Source: Hyaloraphidium curvatum SAG 235-1 (lineage: Eukaryota; Fungi; Monoblepharomycota). Taken from it: DNA of 64,000 nucleotides. This document shows, piece by piece, positions 49,312-62,207 of the stretch (positions are counted from its first letter, which is position 1; the number at the start of each line of letters is the position of its first letter). The position numbers and the translations under genes were made by a program. The stretch spans positions 310,001 to 374,000 of the forward strand of contig JAIVFI010000007.1 of NCBI GenBank assembly GCA_025558095.1, read 5' to 3'. The notes below the pieces were generated by a model. That model was not told the DNA's origin and searched no databases. It was given only the letters and a program-made list of their open reading frames with translations.

Positions 49312-51795
49312 ATGGCGCCGCGAAGCCGCCGCGCGCTGCTCTGGCTCGTCTTGGGCCTTGCCCTCCTTTTGGCTTTCGCCGCCGTCGCCCGGGCGCAGGA
49401 AGGTGGGCTGGATTGGCGAGCGGGCGCGACGTCGGGTCGGCTGGCCCAGGCGCGGCCCGCGCAACTGAACCGTCGCTGACGCGAGCGTACCTGCCATGCG
49501 CCTCATCTCTGTCCATCAACGCCCCTTTTGTGCCTTTGCTGGCCCGCGCGCCGTCGCTCACGACGACTCGCGCCGACCTCCTGTTCACCCACTGCGAATC
49601 ATGATCCCGCGCAACCTGCATTGCCAAACAACCGCGACACGGTCGGCTCTCTACCTTCAGACGACGACGCAGCTCTTGAGGACGACGACGCCGATATCAG
49701 CCCTCCCCCGGAGCCCGTGGACCCTGAACCGTCCACCCCGCCCGCGCCGAAGAAGGAGCGGAAAATCGTGCCCTTCAAGGTGAGCACACATTCCACGCGA
49801 CCACTGGCGTTGGGCATGTTGTGCCTAGCGCACTCGATTCGTCCTTTTCTCGATCTTGGTCGCTAACTTTGACTTCCCCCCTTGCAGCCGTCGTCCATTG
49901 TCGCTCCCTTCCTTGAGCAGTTTGACTCGAACTGGGCTTCCCGCTGGATCGTTTCTGAGGCCAAGAAGGTTGTCGATGGTGCGTATCAGAGTCATTGGGG
50001 GTTTTGCAGCTTCTGCGCTGAAGGATCACTGACCCGTGCCTGCACTCCGCAGGCATCACGGACGAGGACCTCCTGCGCTACCGCGGCCAATGGGCCGTCG
50101 AGGAGCCCACGGTCTACAAGGGTTTCGAGGGCGACGTTGGCCTGGTTGCCAAGACCGCCGCTGCCCACCACGCCATCGCCGTCAAACTCCCGGCTCCCAT
50201 CGACCCCACCGGCAAGCCCCTCGTGGCCCAGTACGAAGTGAAGCTGCAGGACGGCCTCGAGTGCGGCGGCGCCTACATCAAGCTCCTCAAGGACACCCCC
50301 GAGTTTGACGCCAAGAAGTTCGAGGACAAGTTCCCCTACGTGATCAGTGAGTCTGGTCCGACCCGGGCGGCGATGAGGATCTGATCGTGGCGCGCAGTGT
50401 TTGGCCCCGACAAGTGCGGCACCACCAACAAGGTCCACTTCATCTTCAAGCACAAGAACCCCAAGACCGGCGTGTACGAGGAGAAGCACCTCAAGAACCC
50501 GCCTGCTGCCCGCTCTGACAAGACCTCGACCCTTTACACGCTCATCGTGAACCCCGACAACACCTTCGAGATCCTCATCAACAACGAGAGCGCAACCAAA
50601 GGCAGCCTCCTCGAGGACTTTACCCCCGCGGTCAACCCGCCGAAGGAGATTGACGACCCCGAGGACAAGAAGCCCGCCGACTGGGTGGACGAGGCCGAGT
50701 GGGTTCCGGCGTGCGGATGAGGCGGGTGCGGGTAGCTCACCGGTCGATTCGCGCAGGATCCCCGACCCGGAGGCCAAGAAGCCCGACGACTGGGACGAGG
50801 ACGCGCCCGAGTACATCCCCGACGAGGACGCCAAGAAGCCCGACGACTGGCTGGACAACGAGCCCGAGCAGATCCCCGACCCCGACGCCGTCAAGCCCGA
50901 GGACTGGGACGAGGAGGAGGACGGCGAATGGGTTCCCCCGACCATCGGTTGGTCCCACGGAGCGCTTCAAAGATGCCGTTCTGACGCGCGCTTGCAGCCA
51001 ACCCCAAATGCGAGACCGGCAACTGCGGCGAGTGGAAGCGCCCCAACAAGAAGAACCCCGCGTACAAGGGCAAGTGGAAGGCCCCCAAGATCCCCAACCC
51101 CGCGTACAAGGGCGTCTGGGCCCCCAGGAAGATCGCCAACCCCGACTTCTTCGAGGACCTGCACCCGGCCAACTTCGAGCCCATTGGCGCCGTCGGCATC
51201 GAGATCTGGACCATGCAGAAGGACAGTGGGTGTTGGCCGTGGAGCGGGCGGGTCGGGCAATAGCTGACCATTCCATTTCCTTCAGTCCTGTTCGACAACT
51301 TCTACCTCGGCCACTCCATTGAGGACGCCAAGAAGTTCGCCGACGAGACCTGGAAGGCCAAGGTCGACCTCGAGAAGGTCGAGGCCGACGCCGACGTCCC
51401 CGTTGAGGTGGGGTTTGCGTGCGGTTCCCAAAGGCGTCACTGACTTGCGCGCGCAGACCAAGGAGAAGAAGACCGACTTTTCGTCCTCGGACGACGAGGG
51501 TTTCGTCGCCAACCTCCGCCGCGAGTTCAGCACCTTCTACACCGCAGCCAAGGCCGACCCGATCAAGGCCGTCAAGAAGTACCCGCTCCACACCCTGGCC
51601 CTGGCCATCGTTTCGGTCCTCCTCCTGAGCACCGTCGGCTCGCTGTTCGGTGGGTCGGCCCCCGCGCCGGCGCCCAAGATCGCCAAGACCATCGCCAAGG
51701 AGGAGAAGGAGACCCCCGCCGAGGAGGTCGCTGCGAAGGCCGAGGAGAGCCCGGCCGCCAAGAAGCGCTCCGCCAAGGCGAAGGCGGACGAGTAG
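49312..51795 (+). CDS. CNE1: Calnexin
   Basis: Signal peptide; [20 protein letters not shown]; FGPDKCG; P-domain repeats [14 protein letters not shown] and [13 protein letters not shown]; TM segment; basic tail. Confidence 0.93.
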
Positions 51796-52152
51796 ATGTA
51801 TTGGGTATGCCGCTGGCGGAAGGGCGGCGTGCAAAAAGCTTGACACACTGACTAGAGAACCGTGGCTCAACTGACTTGCCGCGTGCGGCGTGGGAGGCTG
51901 TCCGACTTGCCGCGTGCGGCTTGCGAGGCTGTCCGAGATCGGGCGAGCTACGGCGCGGTTTTCGGCCGCGGAAGCCGCGCCATATCTGCATGCAATAAAT
52001 AAGCATCCGTTGCCAGCGTCGCTGGCTCTCGATCGCGAGGAACAGCGGCCTTGGTGCGTGATGCGGCGGAGTTGGGTTTGGCGCAGCGACAGCGCCCGCA
52101 GCGCGACCGATCCAGCAGCACTTCCACTTCCGGAAACACCAACTCCGCCGCC

Positions 52153-54685
52153 ATGGCCACGGCGGATCCGGGGGCGCCGCCACTTGCGCCGCGACGCGGG
52201 CCGCGCCCGCTGCCGCCGACGTTCCGCACGACGCCGTCGCTCTCGTACGGCGACATCGCCGCGAGCTCGTCGGGCACCGCTGCCGACGTGTCCGCGACGC
52301 CGACGCCGGTGCTCGCCGCGGCAGGTGCGTTGCCGGCGGCCGTCCCGCAGAAGGCGGCTCACCGGCTGTCGCAGGCGCAGCGTACGCCCCGCAGCGGCCC
52401 TCCGTCGACACGGCGTACTTCCGCAGCCCATCGGCGCCCTCGCTGCCGTCCGTCGTCACGCCAGACTACAGGGACCTCGTCAAGCCCGCCGGCGGCGCCT
52501 CGCTGGGCTCCACGCCGCGGTCGGTGGCGCAGACGCCGGCCGGCTACGCGGGCTCGGCCCAGCCGACGCCCGTGTGGTCGCCCGCGCCCGCCGATCCCCG
52601 CTCGCTGACCATGGTGGATGCCGGGAACATCCGCGACGAGTTCAACAAGCGCAGGGCTGCCGCAGACAGGCCGCAGTCGGAGGTGTACGGGCCGGGCACC
52701 TACGGACGGCGCCCGGAATCGGACGAGGATCTGGCGCGCAGGCTGCAGGAGCAGGAGCGCCGGGCGGCGGGCATGCAATATGCCTCCAATCCGTCGCTGC
52801 CGGTGTCGATGTCGTCGTCGATCCAGCCAACAGTGGGCGGTCCTAGCGGCCCTCGGTCAACCCGCACTGACACCGCTTCCCGCAGCCCGTCTCGAACCAG
52901 CCGAGCGGCGCGTTTATACCCCCGCGGGTGTCCTCGCGGACGGCTTTGGAGCGCATGCAGCAGGACATCCTGCGCAAAGCGGACAGTTTTGCCGACCCGC
53001 GCACGGCGCAGTCGTCGCCGAACCTCTCGGTGCAGGGCGAGGCGGACCGCGCGCGGCCGCCGCCCGTGGACCGGACCTCGTCGGCGCAATCATTCAGCTC
53101 CGTAAACTCGGACTCGTCGGTTTCCGTCGCCGGCCTCAATACTCTGGCGGCGACAGAGCTCGCCCGCCGCCCCACCTTTGCCCCTCCAAAGCCCAAGCCG
53201 CCCCGGATCATCACCCAGATCAACAACCAGCAGTTCTACGAGCCGGAGCCGGCGTACCAGCGGCAGGCACCCCCGCCGCGGGCGGCCGTGCCCGTGGTCC
53301 CCGTCGCCGTGCCGGTCGTGGTGGTGCAGCAGGAGGTGCTGCACCGGCCGCCGCCCGGGCCGAACGCGGCCCCGCCGAATCCGGAGCCCGCGCAGACCGT
53401 GGCGGCTGCGAAAGGGCAAAGACTCGACTGGAAACAGACACTGGACCTCTACCGGGCAAACGCCAAGAAGACGGATAACCCCAAGATCCAGGTGAGTACT
53501 CGCGCGTGCCTGATCGGTGCCTGTGATTGACACTGCTTCTGCCTTCCAGCTCGAGTTTGCCAAGTTCCTGATCGAGACGGCCCAAGCATTGGCCGGCGAG
53601 ACGCCCGCCGACCGCCAGGAAAAGGATGTGCTGCTGGACGAGGGCTTCCGCTGGCTCAAGAAGCTAGCCACGAGTGCCTATCCCGAGGCACAGTACTTCC
53701 TCGGCACGCAGTACGCGCAGGACGGCGAGTACGACAAGGGCTTCGCGCTCTGGTTGCAGGCCAGCAAGCACAACCACCCCGGCGCGTGCTACGAGGCCGG
53801 CCGGTGCTACGAGCTGGGCCTGGGCACCAAGAAGGACTCGCGGCGCGCGCAGCAGTTCTACCTCAAGTCGGCGTCAGCGGGCTACGTGCCCGCCATGTAC
53901 CGGCTCGGCGTGGCCTCGCTCAACGGCGAGTGCGGGTTCCGCAAGGACGCCAAGGAGGCGGTCAAGTGGCTCAAGCGAGGGAGCGCGGCGGGCGACGCGC
54001 AGAGCAGCTACACGCTTTCGGGCATCTACGAGACGGGGGCGCCGCCGTCCATCTACGCGGACGAGTCGTACGCAAAGAGCCTGCTGGAGGAGGCCGCGGA
54101 AAAGGGGTGGGCGCCGGCGCAGGCCAAGCTCGCGGTGTGCTACGAGTACGGCAAGGTGGGTTCTCACCCTTCGTGGACCGGTTCGATTGAGGCTGATGGC
54201 GCGCCGGTTTGCAGCTGACGTGCGAGGTTGCTCCGGCGCAAGCCATCCGCTGGGCAAAGCTCGGCGCCGAGCAGGGTCACCCCGAGGCCCAATTCACCCT
54301 GGCCGGCTGGTATCTGACGGGCGCGGACGGCGTGCTGGCGCAGAGCAACCGGGACGCGCTGTGGTGGGCGCTCAAGGCCGCGGAGCAGGGGCTCCCCAAG
54401 GCCGAGTACGCCGTGGGATAGTGGGTCTTTCACGCTCGGCGCTTCACCGCCTTCTAAATTAATCATTCCTTCCGTGTCTAAAGCTTCTACGAGACTGGTA
54501 TCGGCGCCCCTCCCGAGCTCACCCTGGCCACCCAGTGGTACCAGACCGCCGCCGCCCACGGCGAGAAGCGCGCCGTGCAGCGCCTCAGCGGCCAGAACCC
54601 CGCCCCGCTCCTCCGCTCCGACACGGTGACCCAGGCCGTCAAGGCGGTGCGAAAACAGAACGACTCCGATTGCTCGCTCATGTAA
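52153..54685 (+). CDS. SEL1-repeat chitin synthase regulator (Chs4/Skt5-like)
   Basis: YRANAKK...QLEFAKFL, WLKKLA..AYPEAQYFLG, multiple SEL1 repeats, WALKAAEQGLPKAEYAVG; C-terminal CaaX motif CSLM. Confidence 0.82.
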
Positions 54686-54710
54686 GGCGCCGGCGCACGT
54701 CGTCGGCTCG

Positions 54711-56396
54711 CTACGAGCGGTAATCCTGTGGCGGAGTCGGAATTAGTCTGAGCTTTGTCCTTCTTATACCCCCCCATCTTGTAAAGCGGGTAATTATCCG
54801 GCGGAACGGATACTCACGGCGTTGATGTGCACGTACTCGGTCGAAAAGTCGCACTGGCAGACCAGCCGTCATCCAGATGTTCGGAAGCTCGACCGAGCAT
54901 GCCACCCACCGTGTACATCTTGGCCTCCTCGCTCCCGAGGCCCAGCGAGATCCGGACGACAATGTCCTCGCCCTTCAGAATGCTGCTGGCCACGTCCTCG
55001 TTGGTGTCGAACGGCGCGCCGTCCTTGAAGATGTGCAGGTCGATCTTGCCGTCGCCGGACACGAAGCGCATCGAGACCTTGGTGGGGTCCAGCGGCACGC
55101 CCGAGTAGCCCACGGCGCACATGATGCGGCCCCAGTTGGCGTCCTGGCCGTAGAACGCCGTCTTGACGAGGCTGGAGGTTGCGACAGACGACGCGATCCT
55201 CTTTGCCTCGGCGAAAGAGCGGGCTCCCTGTGGCCGGTGACAATCGTCAACGCAATTTTACAGAGGAGCGTTATGGAGTCACCTCAACGTGGACGGTGAT
55301 AAACTTGGTGGCACCCTCGCCGTCCCTCACGACGAGCTGGGCAAGGTCCTCGGAGAACTCCTTGAGGTTCTGGCGGAAGACCTTGTAGTCTTCCGAGTTC
55401 TTGTCCGTGATCGGAGTGCCCTTGGAACCGCCGTTGGCCAGCACCATGAAGGTGTCGTTCGTGCTCATGTCACCGTCGACGCTGATGGCGTTGAAGCTCC
55501 AGTCCGCCGCGTACCGCACCGCCTCATCGAGCAGGGGCTTGGAAACGAGCGCGTCCGTGTACACAGTGGACAGCATGGTCGCCATGTTGGGGTGGATCAT
55601 GCCGGCGCCCTTGCACATGCCGGCGAAGCGGACCTTGGTCCCCGACGGCAGCGCAATCTCGCGCGTCCGGAGCTTGGGGAACGTGTCCGTCGTCATGATA
55701 GCCTTGGCCGCGTCCAGCCAGGACTCGTGCGCGGAAGAGAGGGCGGGGACGAGCTTGGCGATCCCGGCGTTGATCTTGTCCATCGGCAGGTGCTGCCCAA
55801 TCACGCCCGTCGACATCACGCAGGTCGGGCCCACATCCGAAGCGCCCAGCGTCTTTTTGGCAAGCGCAGTCACAGCTTCCGAGGTGGCACGCGCGTCCTC
55901 CATGCCCTTGTCGCCGGTGCTGTCGGTGGCGGGGAGAGATAAGAACAGGGCCTCAAAAACTCCGAAGCCGCATCCCCTGGCGCATTCCGGTGCCACGGCC
56001 AGCAGATCGGTAGGAGTGACACTTTGAGACATACCAAGCATTTGCGTTGCCCGCGTTCGTCACGACGCCAAAGACCATGTCGCCGCGGGTCGCCAGAATC
56101 TCCTTGTCGAGCGTAACCGCCGCGGCCTGGAACTGGTTCGTCGTGAAGACGCCCGATGCCACGCAGGGCAACGACGGGTCCGTGACGACGAGCGCCATGT
56201 CCTTCATGCCCTGTTTCTTCTTGATTCCGGCCGCCAGACCCGCCGCACGGAACCCCACGGGGTAAGTCCCCGACGACGGCACCAGGTGCTTGAATCGCGG
56301 GTTGATCTCCCCCGCAGCTGCAGCATATCCTCGAAGCTGCATGCACCCGAGGGAGCGGCGCAGAGCGATGGCCGGGATCATCATCGCGAGAGGCAT
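54711..56396 (-). CDS. ARG7: Ornithine acetyltransferase / arginine biosynthesis bifunctional ArgJ, mitochondrial
   Basis: YPVGF, NAGNANA, STGVIG, IMTTDTFPK, KGAGMIHPNMATML, DGDMSTND, DGEGATK, DANWGRI, last exon DYRS-stop. Confidence 0.93.
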
Positions 56397-56460
56397 TGTT
56401 GTGGCGCGGGTCTGATGGCGCGTCAGGAGTTGCCGGCGCACGCGACGCGACAAAAACAGA

Positions 56461-57885
56461 ATGGCTACAAACGGGCCCGGGCTTGGCGCGGCCGGCAAGG
56501 AGATCCGCGTGCTGTGTCTGGATCCGCTGCCCGAGACGTCGCTCGCCGTCTTCCGGGCGCACAACTACCGAATCGACTTTGCTGAACCGGACCTCTCCGA
56601 GGCGGCACTATGCCGCGCCGTGGAGGACTGCAACATCCTGTGCATAAGAGACAAGCGTCCCGAGGTGCATGTGACGGACGAGGTCATTCGGTCGGCGCAC
56701 CGGCTGCTCGCCATCGGCGTCTTTAGCCAGTGGGTCGGCCCCAAGCTCTGCGGAAAGCGCCGTCCCTGACACGTGCTGTCCGGTCGGAATGAAATCCAGG
56801 TACACCAACTCCGTGGACCTGGCCACCGCGCAGTCGATGGGCATTCCCGTCTTTTCGTCGCCCTACGGACATTCGCAGGCGGTTGCGGAGCTCTGCATCT
56901 GCTTCATCGTCCTCCTGGCGCGGCAGGTCGGCGACCGCTCGATGGAGGTTCACAGAGGAGAGTGGAACAAGGTCTCGGCTGACTGCTATGAGATCAGGGG
57001 TAAAACTCTCGGCGTTTTGGGGTACGGGCACGTGGGAGTGGCCCTGGGGATCCTTGCGGAGGTAAGCGCGCCGTGGCGTGCGTGCCAGTGTTCGGACCTG
57101 ACGTCCCCCGTCGCAGTCTGTCGGCATGAAGGTGATCTTCTACGACATTCTGACGGTGCTTCCCCACGGCCGCAACGAGCCGGTTGCGAGTTTGGATGAT
57201 CTCGTCGCTCAGAGCGATTTTCTCTCGATCCACGTTACCGCCGGCCCGGAGAACAAGCACCTCATCGGGAAGGAGCAGATTGCCAAAATGAAGAAGGGCT
57301 CCTACATCATCAACGCCGGATATGCCGGTGCGCTGGATCTGGATGCCGTCGCGGCGGCCGTCAAGTCGAAGCACCTCGGAGGCGTCGCCGTCGACGTCTT
57401 CCCGAACCCGCCCGAGGCACCCAACTCTCCCTTCACCAGCCCTTTGATGGGACTTAGGAACGTCATTATGACGCCCAACATCGGTGGGTGCCTTTTCTTG
57501 ATGAATTGGCCGACGAGCTAATGGGCAACCAGGCGACGGGACTGCTCAGGCGGTGGAGCGGGTTGGCGAGGAGGTATCGCACGCGCTGGTCCGCTTCGTG
57601 ACGGAGGGCAGCACCGTGGGGAGCGTCAACTTCCCCAGCATCAACGCCTGGCCGATCCGGCCAAACTGCCGGCGGATCACAAACGTCCACCAGAACGTTC
57701 GGGGCGTGCTCCGGGAGATCGACGCCATCCTCTCGGCGTACAACGTCGGGAAGCAGGTGCTCGAAACGATGCCCAAGATCGGGTACCTCATCGCGGACAT
57801 TGAGACCGAGGGCAAACAGGTCACGACCGAGATCGTCTCGCAAATGGCCCTGTTGTCGAGCACGATCCGGACACGGATCCTCTAG
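56461..57885 (+). CDS. D-3-phosphoglycerate dehydrogenase-like protein with ACT domain; catalytic triad substituted
   Basis: W.KVSA.CYEIRGKTLGVLGYGHVG, VDVFP, GSTVGSVNFP and ACT motif HQNVRGVL. Active-site motifs read NAGYAG, DVFPNPP and TPNIG. Confidence 0.85.
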
Positions 57886-57935
57886 GGCCGGACGAGCCGA
57901 GCATAGGATGTAGATACCCCGAGCAACCACGCCCG

Positions 57936-58931
57936 TCATGGGGCCTTCTTCTTTATTGCCTTCCGGGGCCTCGCCTCTTCTGCATTTGCCGCACCCTTCG
58001 CCCGCCCCTCCCGTTCCGGACCAGTGTTCCCGCCCTTGACTCTTAAACTGGCCTCCCACTCGTCCCTCCTGGACTTGTAGATGAGCATTGCCGCCCTCGC
58101 GTCCTCAATCGACGAGTGCTCTCCACCCTGAATCTCCAGACCGAGTATCCCCTTGGCCAGCTTGCGCAGGCCGGGTGTCCTCCCCTTCCCAAACTCCTTG
58201 CGGAAGGGACGGTACTGCGCGGTGTCCCGCACCATCCGATGCGGATGCGACAGCAGCAGCACGTCAAAGTCGTTGGCCAGGGCGTGGCCCACCACGATCC
58301 GGTCCTTCAGGATCGCGGCCACCTCCTCCTGCGCCTGGCGCAGGGGTATCGCGTCCCGGAGATGGAACTTGCGGATCCCGCTGACGTGCGTCCGAAAGTC
58401 CTGCACGAATTCCACGGGGCGGACGTAGCGGTCCAGCACCACCTGCCCGTGGAAGTTGACGATGCTGACCCTGGCGAGGACGGACCGCTCGCCGTCGTCG
58501 CCCACGCCGACCATTTCGCAGTCCATCGCGACGTACTTGCCGATTCTTGAGCGAAACGAGGTTCAGGAACGGCGCGAAAGGGCAGCGATCGCCGAAACCC
58601 ACTTGTTCAGGCTGACTTCCGAGACCGGGTTCGCGGCGGCTCCGTCGGCCGCGACTTCGGCCCGCTTCTCCTCCGGCGGAAGGCCGTAGGCAGCCCGGAT
58701 ATCCTCCTCATTCACATCATCGAACCAAAGATCGTCCAGCTTTGGCTGCTTGGCAGCCGGCGCGGCCGGTTCCTCGGCCTTGCGCTTCTTTGTCGGAGGG
58801 CCGCCATTCGGCACAGGGGCCCCTTTCGGGCCCGCATGACCGCTGCCGTCCTTGGCATGGTCTTTCCGCTTCCTGGGAGGCGCAGAGCTCTTCAGCTGCG
58901 CCGCGAGGGCCTTCCAGTTGCTGGAGGCCAT
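57936..58931 (-). CDS. REX4: RNA exonuclease 4 (DEDDh)
   Basis: MASSNWKAL; [13 protein letters not shown]...LARVSIVN; VGHALANDF; RDTA; HSSIEDARA. Confidence 0.9.
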
Positions 58932-59002
58932 GCTTGTTGACTTTCGGCGTCGCCCGCGGTCACCGCTTCAACTGATCGCCCTGTTTCGTCCCGCTGCGTG
59001 CC

Positions 59003-59818
59003 ATGGCTCCCTCGCTCCTCTCCCGCGCGCCCTCGCTCCTGCGGCCGTCTACCGCATCGCTCGTTTCCCGGCGCTTCGCCGGCTCGTCGACGCGCGTGGG
59101 TCGCGATGTGGCGGCGGGACTGCGGAACCCGCTGACGGGACGCGCCGTGTGCCGCAGCCCTTCCGGTGCCTCGGTCTGCAGCAGATTGCCATCGGCGGGC
59201 TCGACAAGGGCGCCTTGAAGGCGCTCTGGGTCGACAGCTTCGGGCTGAAGCAGCGGGGTCGGTCCTCCGGCGGCGCCACGCGGTCATGACTCACGGGTGC
59301 GCCCTCGGAACCTCTCGCGACCTTGTGGGCAGGCACCTACAAGAGCGAGAAGGAGAATGTGGACGAGGACATCCTGGAGATGGGCGCTGGCCCGCTGGCG
59401 GTGGAGCTCGACATCATGCAGCCGCTGAACCCGGACAAGGCCCCCAAGGTGGAACCTGCCCGATCGGTGGATTGGCTGGATATCACCTAACCGAGCATTG
59501 AAGGTCCACGTGCCCCCGCTCAACCACATCGGCGTCTGGGTGGACAACATCGAGGCCGCGGTGGAGCACCTGACGAAGGAGGGCTTCCGCTTCACGCCCG
59601 GCGGGATCCGGCTGGGCGCGGCCGGTTACAAGGTCACTTTCATTCACCCCAAGGTGGGCCGACCGCTGTCCTCGTGCTGACCGGCACACGTTGACACTTT
59701 GGCCGGGTGCTTGCAGGGGAACGATGCCACGCCCAAGTCCGGAGAGGGCGTCCTCATCGAGCTGGTGCAGGCACCTCCGGAGGTGATCGCCGAGTTCGAT
59801 CGGCTCGAGAAGGCTTAG
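59003..59818 (+). CDS. VOC/glyoxalase-family protein (methylmalonyl-CoA epimerase-like) with probable mitochondrial presequence
   Basis: [72 protein letters not shown]; R/S-rich N-terminus. Confidence 0.8.
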
Positions 59819-59904
59819 AATAGACGCCCGTTCCGCGTGATTGCCGCCGTCGTCGCCGGAGACTGGCGCGGGACAGCGGTACCCCACAACAACAGCGCCG
59901 GACG

Positions 59905-62158
59905 ATGGACCACGATGCGTTCGAGGAGCTGGTCAACGCCGTGGTGGCGGTCTTCCCGACGCAGCCTCGCATGAAGATTGAGGCCGATTTGGAGGTCACG
60001 GGAGACGCAAACGCGACCGTCGAGCGCATCCTGTCGGGCGAGTTCCTCGCGGGCTCCCGGCTCGACCCGGACAGGCCGGCGAAGCGCTCCGCCGGGCGCC
60101 GCGCGGCGGACAGCGATGACGGCGGCAGCGACGATGCGCGCTTTCCGCCGCTGCCAAAGAGCCCGCGGCCGTCGCGGTCCTCGGCGGGCCGCGCACGCAA
60201 GTCGTACGCGCTGAGCAGCAGCGACGCCTCGGACGACGGCGGCCTCGTGGACCCGCGGCATTTGGCGACGCAGTAGGTCGTCGCCTCGTGTCGGGGGAGC
60301 TCCCCACTGACCGGCCGGCCTAGGAACCACGCACCCCAGCGCAGGAAATCTCCAAGGACTCGGCCACTGCCGCCGCCACCTGCACCGCAAAGCAACAGAT
60401 TGACCGTGCCTGCCCCGTCGGACCCGAATTTGCGCCACGCGGACTCGGCCAGCTCGGACTTGGAGATCATGGACCACACGTCGGCTTCGCAGGCACGGCC
60501 GAAACCAAAGGCCGCGTCTGCGCCGGCCGACGTGTACTGCCTGGACAGCGATTCCGATGCCGACTTGCGGCCCGCGGTCGCAAAGACTGCTTTGCCGGGG
60601 CTTTCGTCGCTCCGCGGGGCATCCTCGTCGTCGCCGCGGCGGGGTTTCGATTTTCGCCTGGACTGCCCGCTGTCGAGCGACGACAGCCCGGAAAGGGCAA
60701 AGCCAACGCGGAAGAAGAAGGCGGGCGAATCCAACGCGGCGGCGAAGCCGCGGAAAAAGGCGGCGCCGAAGAAGGCTGCGGACGAGTACGACAGCGAGGC
60801 CGGGAGCGGCTCTCCGGTCGCCAAGGAGAAAGCAAAACGACGGCCAAAGGATCCTGAAAAGGCTGCGGCCCAGGAAGCGGAGAAGGCGCGGAAGGCCGCG
60901 GAAAGGGAGCGGAAAAAGGCCGAGAAGGAGGAGAAGCAGCGGGAGGAAAAGGTACCTGTGTCGCCAGTTGCGACGGTTCGCCCTGACAGTGGTGGTACAG
61001 GCTCACAAGGAGGAACAGAAGAGATTGCGCGAAGTGAACCGGGTCATGGGCAAGAAGGAGGCGACAAAGGACATGATCGTGGATGTGGACGTGGGCATCG
61101 TCAACCGCCCGGGAGGCGGCGCTCTCCTGGAGAACTTGCGCAAGCAGGACTGCCAGGTCAGCGTGCAACCGCACCCGGTTTCGGACACGATCCTCTGGCG
61201 GAGGCGAACGCGGGCCCTGTGGAACCCTGACGACGGTAACTGGGTCCCGTTGGGGGAGGAACGCATCATACCGGAGAGCTTCCTGGTCAAGCTCATGACC
61301 GGCGACGAGCTCGCGCGTCGAATCGGGAACCGGACGATGGTCTCGCACCTGGCCGAGATACGGACCACGTTCCCCGGCAGGGACATTGCGGTCCTCGTCA
61401 CCGGCTTGAGGGACTACCTGCGCCGGAAGCGCAACAACCTGTCGGCCAGCTTCCAGGACCAGGTCAGGCAGCAAGCGTACGGCTCCGCCGGCCCCCCGGC
61501 CTCGCGCGCTCCGCGGGCAGCCACGGTCGTCGTCGGCGGGGAGGTCGTGCAGATGCAGGACCTGCCGGATGCGGCCGAAGTGAGCCAGGAGCTGATGAGG
61601 CTGCAGATGATGGAAAAGGTCCGGGTCATCGAGTGCGAGGACAGCGAGGAGACGATCGACTTCATGATCGGGCTGACCACGGAGATCGCAATGATTCCGC
61701 ACAAGTGTGTGCTTGGGAAGTTCTCGTTGCTGCATGAGCTCACCTTCCTTCGCTTCCTGCAGGGCGCTTCGCGAGAATCTCCTCGACTTCTGCCCGGACG
61801 GGAAGCTGCGCAAGACAGGCACTGACGAAGGAGACACTTGGCTCTGGATGCTTCGCCAGATCCACATGGTGGAGGACTCAAGTGCATCCGCCATTGTGCA
61901 GCAGTATCCGACGATCAACTCGCTCTACACGGCCTACAAGCGTTGCGCGACCATGGCGCAGGCGGAGGGTTTGCTGCAGGACATTGTGGTAATTTGCTCT
62001 CGGTCACGTCGATGTGATCGCATCTCAATGTTCTTCCCGGACCACAGGTGCAGAGGCACGGAAAGTCTGGCGAGACGAATCGCAGGCTCGGACCCGCGCT
62101 CTCGAAAAGGATCCACACGGTTCTCATGGGCGAGGATCCCGAGGAGAGCTGCCGTTGA
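59905..62158 (+). CDS. Eme1/Mms4-like ERCC4-domain subunit of the Mus81 endonuclease
   Basis: N-terminal CUE-like motif (VFP....I.ADL.VTG...TVERIL), ILWRRRT...W, ELMRLQM, TWLWMLRQIH.V....A.AIV..YPT..SL, RRLGPALSKRI. Confidence 0.8.
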
Positions 62159-62207
62159 TCTTCATCTGTGGCATTCTACACTGTGTCATGGATACCATGT
62201 GTTTCCC

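Noticed and set aside
50650-51150. Regularly spaced repeats resembling an array
   Set aside because: These are the calnexin P-domain coding repeats, not CRISPR or other noncoding repeats.
40353-56396. CAR2 and ARG7 as an ornithine pathway cluster
   Set aside because: They are separated by about 13 kb and six unrelated genes; probably coincidental.
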